Shown: in pieces, positions 58,421 to 64,000 of the stretch
How the letters are laid out: every line of letters starts with the position of its first letter
How positions within the stretch are numbered: the stretch's first letter is position 1
Assembly (NCBI GenBank): GCA_965222375.1
Contig: CBDCTZ010000015.1
Coordinates: forward strand, 384,001 to 448,000
DNA: 64,000 bases
From: Polyangiaceae bacterium
GTDB taxonomy: Bacteria; Myxococcota_A; Polyangia; Polyangiales; Polyangiaceae
Reading direction: 5' to 3'
Notes under the pieces: generated by a model
The model's database searches: none
What the model saw: the letters and a program-made list of their open reading frames with translations, nothing else
Told to the model about the DNA's origin: nothing
Made by a program: the position numbers and the translations under genes

Positions 58421-59170
58421 TCAACCATGGCGACGCCTAGACTTCGAGACCTTGGCGCGACGCTTCGGCTCATCAAGTGCTTTAGCTTCTCGCAGCACGT
58501 TCTCCAATGTTGCTAGTTTTTGTCGAAGCTCGATTGTCACTTTCAGACCGGCGGCAACCTCATTGGGACTCAATGCCGCCAAGCTTCGCTTGTCGCGCAG
58601 CGCCTTGGGCGATGCATCGCGAAGGCTCTTCACGCCTTCGAGCAGCCGCACTATTCTCGGTTTTGGTGGCCGGCCACCCTGCCCCCGACGCTTGCTTGCG
58701 GCTCGTTCTGCAAGCTTCGAGACGCTCCACCGCTCCTTTTCAGCACGCACTAGCAGCGCCCGCTGATCGCTGGGTACAAGGCCGAGCACGCTACGCAAGT
58801 GTGCAAGCCTCAGATGGCGACACTCACGTAGCGCCGGCCACCGCAGGGACAGCTCGTATACCGCGCATGAAGTCCAGAGCTTCGAGGCACTCATGCTTAC
58901 AGCCGGGTGGCTTGCCAGTTTTCGGAAAGAAACGTCCTTTCGCCCGCGTTGCTGCATAGCGTCGACGTCACCCTTGAACGCACGTTGGACGATGATCTGG
59001 CCCACCTCCAACGCGAGGTCGATGGGTGTTCCTCGGGTGACATATGGAACGGTCGCCAACGCGCGTTCCACTGCGGCATCACCGAGGACCCCGGCGCTCG
59101 AGCTCCGTTTTGCGGCTCGATGGCTTCTGTTTGTGGTTCGATGACCACCCCTGCTGCGCTTCGCTCTCAC
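58421..59170 (-). CDS. Basic helical protein, DUF1016/YhcG-N-like putative DNA-binding
   Basis: ALEVGQIIV, SFRKLA, LAHLRSVL, WSVSKL, GGRPPKP; start uncertain. Confidence 0.55.
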   Translation of the reverse strand: MRAKRSRGGHRTTNRSHRAAKRSSSAGVLGDAAVERALATVPYVTRGTPIDLALEVGQIIVQRAFKGDVDAMQQRGRKDVSFRKLASHPAVSMSASKLWTSCAVYELSLRWPALRECRHLRLAHLRSVLGLVPSDQRALLVRAEKERWSVSKLAERAASKRRGQGGRPPKPRIVRLLEGVKSLRDASPKALRDKRSLAALSPNEVAAGLKVTIELRQKLATLENVLREAKALDEPKRRAKVSKSRRRHG

Positions 59171-59248
59171 GCTGAGAGTTCAACAGTCATCTGCGACTCT
59201 TGCAAGGGCCGCCGGACCGGCGCCGTCACTGGAGCGCGGCACCCGGGC

Positions 59249-60445
59249 TCACGGTTGCGAATCGTCGCATTCACACAGTGCCCGCCGCACTAGGCGATAG
59301 TTCTCTTCGTACTGAGCGTTGGAGTGACGAACGGCGAAGTAGGCCTGGCCGTGAGCGACAGCAAGCCACCGCCCTGGCTGCTTGAAGAGATGCTCCGAGC
59401 CCGCTCCGGTCTTGGAGCTCCGAAATATCTCGTCCTGAAACGTTCGCCAGAAGATCTGGCCGCCGTGGAGCCAGTACTCGATGTCGACTTCCTGCTCGGA
59501 GACCACCACCTGAACCGGTCCGCCCTGCTTGGGTGCCCGGACCACCCGGCCCCACGGGTCATCCACTTTGCCGGTGCGGTGTTGCGTCCAGTAGATGAAG
59601 TCGTCGTCGAGCATGAAGTTCTGGGCTTCGTGACTCGTAGCGCTCAAGGGCTGGGCGACCAGGCTCGCATCGCCGCCGCTCTTCTCGATCCGGATGAGCG
59701 ACGGTGGTTGGCCGTAGGCTTCTTCAAGCAAGTAAGCGTGGGTCTCATCCAGCGCTACGAGCTCCTGGGATAGCGGGAATGCACCCGCTTGGTCGGGCGC
59801 CGCCGCAACAGTTTCCACCACGCCGCCAGACTTGGATACACGGAACAAACCGTTTTCACCGGTCGGAAATGAGTAGTGACTGAAGTAGATGTGTGTTGCG
59901 TCGAGCAAGAAGGAAGCGTTGGATGGCGCGAAGGTCTGGTAGTCGAACTCCGCCAGCGAGCTTTGAGCGCCCCCGGCCGTGAATCGGCGCGTGAGCCGGT
60001 GGGATTTGAAGCCGTGTGTGGTCAACACGTAAGCAGCATCGGCGTCTGCGCCAAACCAGGGTGCGGCGTTGGCTTCGACGAGCTGCTGGGAGCCGACGCT
60101 TTCCGCGATCCGCCAGAGCTGCGATCCGAAGTCCGAGTCCCAGTAGATATAGCCACCGTCCACGAGCAGCTTTCGCGGGTTGCGGGTCTGCTCAACAATT
60201 ACGTCGACGTTGCATGCAGACGGTGCATCACAGGCATCTGTGCCGGCATCTCCAGTGGCTGGGCTACCGCCCATTCCCGCTGCGTTGACAACGCCGCCCG
60301 TACTCGGTGGGCCGGCGCTGGTGCCTCCGCTGCCAGCTGTTCCGCTGCCAGCTGTTGGGGTCGACGTGGCGCGTCCACCGCAGGCGACAGTGATGACGCC
60401 AATCAAGCCAAGGAACGGGAGTCGAAGGAGAGCTATTCTGAGCAT
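59249..60445 (-). CDS. Lipoprotein with repeated DxxxIYW beta-propeller blades
   Basis: Lipobox TVAC, Gly linker, VDGGYIYW / LDATHIYF / LDDDFIYW + KxGG repeats. Confidence 0.8.
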   Translation of the reverse strand: MLRIALLRLPFLGLIGVITVACGGRATSTPTAGSGTAGSGGTSAGPPSTGGVVNAAGMGGSPATGDAGTDACDAPSACNVDVIVEQTRNPRKLLVDGGYIYWDSDFGSQLWRIAESVGSQQLVEANAAPWFGADADAAYVLTTHGFKSHRLTRRFTAGGAQSSLAEFDYQTFAPSNASFLLDATHIYFSHYSFPTGENGLFRVSKSGGVVETVAAAPDQAGAFPLSQELVALDETHAYLLEEAYGQPPSLIRIEKSGGDASLVAQPLSATSHEAQNFMLDDDFIYWTQHRTGKVDDPWGRVVRAPKQGGPVQVVVSEQEVDIEYWLHGGQIFWRTFQDEIFRSSKTGAGSEHLFKQPGRWLAVAHGQAYFAVRHSNAQYEENYRLVRRALCECDDSQP

Positions 60446-60458
60446 GGTGCGGCGCATC

Positions 60459-60474
60459 AGCAAGAGGTGGGCCA
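60459..60474 (-). promoter_or_regulatory. Candidate sigma-54 promoter
   Basis: TGGCCCA-CCTC-TTGCT just upstream of ATG 60445. Confidence 0.5.
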
Positions 60475-60662
60475 GGCAACTTTGGCGTGGAAATCCCCCA
60501 ACATGACACGACTAGCGGAGCGAGTTACCGGCAACCTACGTCGTCAGTTGTCACCCGCCGCAAACTCCACACTGGGCACGATGCGTCAAACGGCGCCGCG
60601 GGGTTTCAGGCGAGAGTCGTGCCCTCGGGCACAGGAGCGCAGCGTCCCTACAAACCAAATCC

Positions 60663-61604
60663 TCAAAATGCGTGACTGTAACGCAGCGAGGTTGGGCCAA
60701 CGCGGAGCGAACTGATGGGCCGCTCCTTGTTGTCGGAAGTGAGGACCAGCACCGCTCCAGTGGCGACGAGAGCCGCGCCAACAGCGAAGCTCAGGCCGGA
60801 TATGGTGCCGAACGTCTTGCCGCTATCCGCAGCGTCGATTCCCTCTTGATTGCAACGCTTGTCGGCGTCGCAGTTCTTATCCACGATGCCCTTCTTTTGA
60901 AGCGTGAACGCCCCGGTAACCGCCCCAACGGCGAGACCAGCCACGCCGACGCCGCCGACCACCCAACCGAGCGTGCGGGTCGTGCTCGACTTCTCCGCCT
61001 TGAGCCCGGCCGGCGTTGCCTCGGTTGGTGCCTGCCCCGCCGGCAGCGCATCGCCTGGTTTCACTGATTCCTGGCGGCGCTCACCCTCTTTGAGCGTGAA
61101 GTTGTAGCGCCCGGGTTCGTGGCCGGGCGCGCGCACCACGATCTCTTGCTTGCCGGGATCCACCGGCAATGCCAAGGCCAAGGACGCTGCACGCAGTTCC
61201 ACGCCGTTGCGAGTCACCGTACTCTCTGGCGGCACGCCCGGTGCGAGGCTGATGGCCAGGTAGGGCAGGCGCGGTTCGAGGGCGTTGATCTTGCCGGATG
61301 CGAAGGTGCGGCGCTCGTCGCTCTCGGATAGCTGCTCAGCCACCTGCTTGTAGAACGTCCAGGCTGTGGCCAAGCGACCTTGGCGTTCTTCGCAATCCGC
61401 GATGTTGAGCTGAGTACCCGGCGCGGGGTCCAGGCGATTGCTTTCGTGGAAGTTGCGACACGCCGCCGCCCAGTCCTCCTTCTTGGCTGCTTCGCGCCCA
61501 GCACGGAACAACGCTTCCGCACTCGCCGAGTCCGCCAGGGCGGGCCCGGCGAAGGACAAACACAACGCGCCCGCCAGGAGCAATCGGCTTTTTCGGATCA
61601 CCAT
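60663..61604 (-). CDS. Secreted TPR + PEGA-like protein (kinase partner)
   Basis: Signal peptide, AEALFRAGR..SNRLDPAPGTQLNIADC, VDPG..RAPG, C-terminal F. Confidence 0.82.
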   Translation of the reverse strand: MVIRKSRLLLAGALCLSFAGPALADSASAEALFRAGREAAKKEDWAAACRNFHESNRLDPAPGTQLNIADCEERQGRLATAWTFYKQVAEQLSESDERRTFASGKINALEPRLPYLAISLAPGVPPESTVTRNGVELRAASLALALPVDPGKQEIVVRAPGHEPGRYNFTLKEGERRQESVKPGDALPAGQAPTEATPAGLKAEKSSTTRTLGWVVGGVGVAGLAVGAVTGAFTLQKKGIVDKNCDADKRCNQEGIDAADSGKTFGTISGLSFAVGAALVATGAVLVLTSDNKERPISSLRVGPTSLRYSHAF

Positions 61605-63019
61605 CTCTTGTCGAATAGGCTGGATGCGGGTGGCTTCTTGCCGGACGGCTTGGTCGTCGGTTTGGGCGGCGTCGGCGCCTTGGGAGACTTTACGGCCAGC
61701 GCAGGCTTCTTCACCACCGCTTTGTGCGCTGTTTTCGGCGTGGCCTCCTTACCACTGGCCTCCGACGACGCGGTGGAGCTTGGCGGGGCCGCTGGAGCTC
61801 CAGACTCCGAAGGCTTGACCTTCACGTCGTCGTTCGGAGGCGGCGCAGGCTCAGCCACGGACGGCGCCTCGGGAGACGCAGCCGCCTTTCCCTCCGCGTC
61901 AGGGGTGCCTAAGCTGGCGCGAGCGACGATGAACAGCAGAACCACCACCGCGGCACTCAACCCCAACGTGGTCATGACGAAGAGGCGATTGGTCTTCTTG
62001 GCGGGCTCCAGGTCGTCCGCCGTGCGTGCGACGGGCCGATTCGTCAGGGTGCTGAGAGTGTCTAGGTCCGCCTCGGCGAGGATCGTTGGAGCTTCGGGGG
62101 CGGAAGGGATCGGCAGCGTCAACGGCGCTGCATCCGTGGCGTCGCCACTGGCGCTCCGTACAGCTTCCTGCATTTCCCGCGCGCTGGCGTAACGGTCCGC
62201 GTTGTCGAAGGATAGCGCCCGGTCGACGATTTCTACGACGCTCAGCGGGATGTTTGGATCCACTTCGGCCAGGGACGGCGCTGGTTTCGTAGCCGCAGCA
62301 ATGATCTGTTCTTGCACCGTGCCAGTCTCGTGCACGAAGCGACACGTGATCAGGTTGAACAAGGTCGCACCCAGGGCCCAGATGTCCGTGCGCTCGTTCA
62401 CCTCCGACCAACGGCCGCGGGCTTGCTCCGGGGCCATGTATGCAGGCGTGCCCATCAAGGAACCGGCCCGCGTCTGCTGACGCTCGGGTGTGATCTCTCG
62501 CAAGCGCGCGATCCCGAAGTCCAGGATCTTCAGCTCGCCACTCCGAGTCAAAAACAGGTTCTCGGGCTTGATATCCCGGTGCACGACGCCTGCGGCGTGG
62601 GCCGCAACGAGGATGGAGAGCACGTTGTCCGCAAGGGCCATCACCTCGGTCAGAGGCAGTGTGCCCCCTTTGCGCATGGCGCGGTCTTCGACGGTCTCGC
62701 CGTCGAGCAGCTCCATGACCAGGTAGGGGCAACCATCCACCGTCAGGTCATCGTCCAGTACCTTCACCGTGCCTGGATGATCCACACTGTTGGCAACGTA
62801 GCCCTCGCGAAGAAAGCGCGTCGTGACTTCCTTGTTCAGCGCAAGCTCGGGGTGCAGCAACTTGATGGCCGCGCGCGCCTGATTGCGGTGGGTGGCTTCG
62901 TAGACCGTCGCCATGCCTCCGGAACCCAAGATGCGCTCCAGCTTCCACTTTCCACGTAGCGTTGTGCCGACGAGCTCTTGGGCTCGATCGGAAATGCGGT
63001 CGGCTAATGGCAATGACAT
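61598..63019 (-). CDS. Membrane Ser/Thr protein kinase
   Basis: GSGGMA, AAIK, HRDIKPEN, DFG, GTPAYMAPE, DIWALG; TM and Pro-rich tail. Confidence 0.95.
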   Translation of the reverse strand: MSLPLADRISDRAQELVGTTLRGKWKLERILGSGGMATVYEATHRNQARAAIKLLHPELALNKEVTTRFLREGYVANSVDHPGTVKVLDDDLTVDGCPYLVMELLDGETVEDRAMRKGGTLPLTEVMALADNVLSILVAAHAAGVVHRDIKPENLFLTRSGELKILDFGIARLREITPERQQTRAGSLMGTPAYMAPEQARGRWSEVNERTDIWALGATLFNLITCRFVHETGTVQEQIIAAATKPAPSLAEVDPNIPLSVVEIVDRALSFDNADRYASAREMQEAVRSASGDATDAAPLTLPIPSAPEAPTILAEADLDTLSTLTNRPVARTADDLEPAKKTNRLFVMTTLGLSAAVVVLLFIVARASLGTPDAEGKAAASPEAPSVAEPAPPPNDDVKVKPSESGAPAAPPSSTASSEASGKEATPKTAHKAVVKKPALAVKSPKAPTPPKPTTKPSGKKPPASSLFDKRW

Positions 63020-63283
63020 GGCTAATGGACAACGCGGAAACGCGTTCCGAGCTTTCGCTGCGAATTTAATTACGTGCCTAGAATGGAATGGACCCCAGCA
63101 GAGCCGAAGTTTTGTGGGTGTTCGTGCGAAGATCAACCACAGATACACACGGCGCCAGCGTAGGAGGATCCCCTCCATGTGCGCACAGTGTCCCACTGAA
63201 TATATCCGGATCCGGGCAGGTCCATCCAATTGCGGGGGTACGATGGCGAGCAGTGCTTGCCCTGTGATGGAGGTTGAGGACGG

Positions 63284-63604
63284 ATGAAACGAGTTTCTAG
63301 GGGGTCACTCACGGCTGCGGCCGCGTCGCTGGTCGCGGCTGGCGCGTTTTGGGCGGGATACGCCGTGGCGGCGGACGCGCGCCTGGATCAGGCAGACGCC
63401 AACGCCGAAAAGGCCATCGCCTTGCTCAAGGCGGCCGAAAATGAAGGTGTCCGGCCCCCCTTTGGCGGCCACCGCGCCAAGGCGATCATGCATCTGAAGG
63501 CGGCCCGGAAGCAGATTCGCAAGGCCAAGCGCTACGCCGACAACCCCAAGAAGAAGCCCAAGAAACCCAAGAGGCCGAGACTCAAGCTGCCCAAAAAGAA
63601 GTAA
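63284..63604 (+). CDS. Small secreted helical protein
   Basis: GAGG RBS, signal peptide, FGGHRAKAI motif, Lys-rich tail. Confidence 0.7.
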   Translation: MKRVSRGSLTAAAASLVAAGAFWAGYAVAADARLDQADANAEKAIALLKAAENEGVRPPFGGHRAKAIMHLKAARKQIRKAKRYADNPKKKPKKPKRPRLKLPKKK

Positions 63605-63619
63605 CGTGGCGCTCAGCCC

Positions 63620-64000
63620 GTGGCCTTTTCTCACCGAGTTTCGCTAGCCCTCGGGAGCCTGCTGTGGTGGGTCCCCGCCTGCGCTGTGTCCTTCGACGGA
63701 TACAAGCTGGACGATAGCGGTGGGGGTAGCGGCGGAGGCGCCGGCGTAGCGGGTTCATCGGGTGCGGGCGCTTCGGGCACGGGAGCGACCGGGGGCAGTG
63801 GCGGCACATCAGGGACAGGTGCAACAGGTGGTGCCGCGGGCTCGGGTGCAGCTGGAGGGACTGGCGGCGCTGCAGGTGCCACGGGCGGCACCGCGGGAGC
63901 AAGCGGTGGCAGCGCAGGCGCGACTGGGGGCACGGGAGGCACGCCGGGAGGCACCGGCGGCGTGGGTGGTGCTACAGGCGGCACGGGTGGGGGCACTGGA
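63620..64000 (+). CDS. Gly-rich lipoprotein, runs off the window end
   Basis: GTG start, MAFSHRVSLALGSLLWWVPAC, then GGxGG linker with no stop. Confidence 0.7.
   Translation, partial: MAFSHRVSLALGSLLWWVPACAVSFDGYKLDDSGGGSGGGAGVAGSSGAGASGTGATGGSGGTSGTGATGGAAGSGAAGGTGGAAGATGGTAGASGGSAGATGGTGGTPGGTGGVGGATGGTGGGTG

Noticed and set aside
63631..63996. Pro-rich ORF on the - strand
   Set aside because: Antisense of the Gly-rich linker of the + strand lipoprotein

Overview
High-GC bacterial DNA with a Myxococcota (Polyangiales-like) gene repertoire: FHA-sigma54 activator, Ser/Thr kinase + PEGA/TPR pairs, many Cys/Gly-rich lipoproteins. The taxon is inferred from gene content. Main content: (1) a split anaerobic purine/urate catabolism gene set (short ygfK-like, carbamate kinase, ygeW, ygeY on +; ssnA and fused Se-dependent xdh on -). 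(2) Between its halves lies an unusual six-gene operon (PAS kinase, roadblock, O2-binding di-iron protein ODP, REC-DUF4388, ParA, roadblock/GAF-like), divergent from a degenerate sigma54 activator; this is the best candidate for an undescribed system. (3) A 17-motif multiheme cytochrome lacking its N-terminus. (4) Surface lipoproteins (beta-propeller, EEP, GH92), ada-alkA/ogt and desaturase/AraC. (5) A ~12 kb plasticity region: a diverged tandem duplication of [rpn - structured leader - DUF559 - rve transposase], plus IS21 and IS110, gene-internal RpnS starts and a 32-nt covarying hairpin motif in three copies. All family calls come from motif recognition by eye; no searches were run. No rRNA, tRNA or CRISPR was seen.
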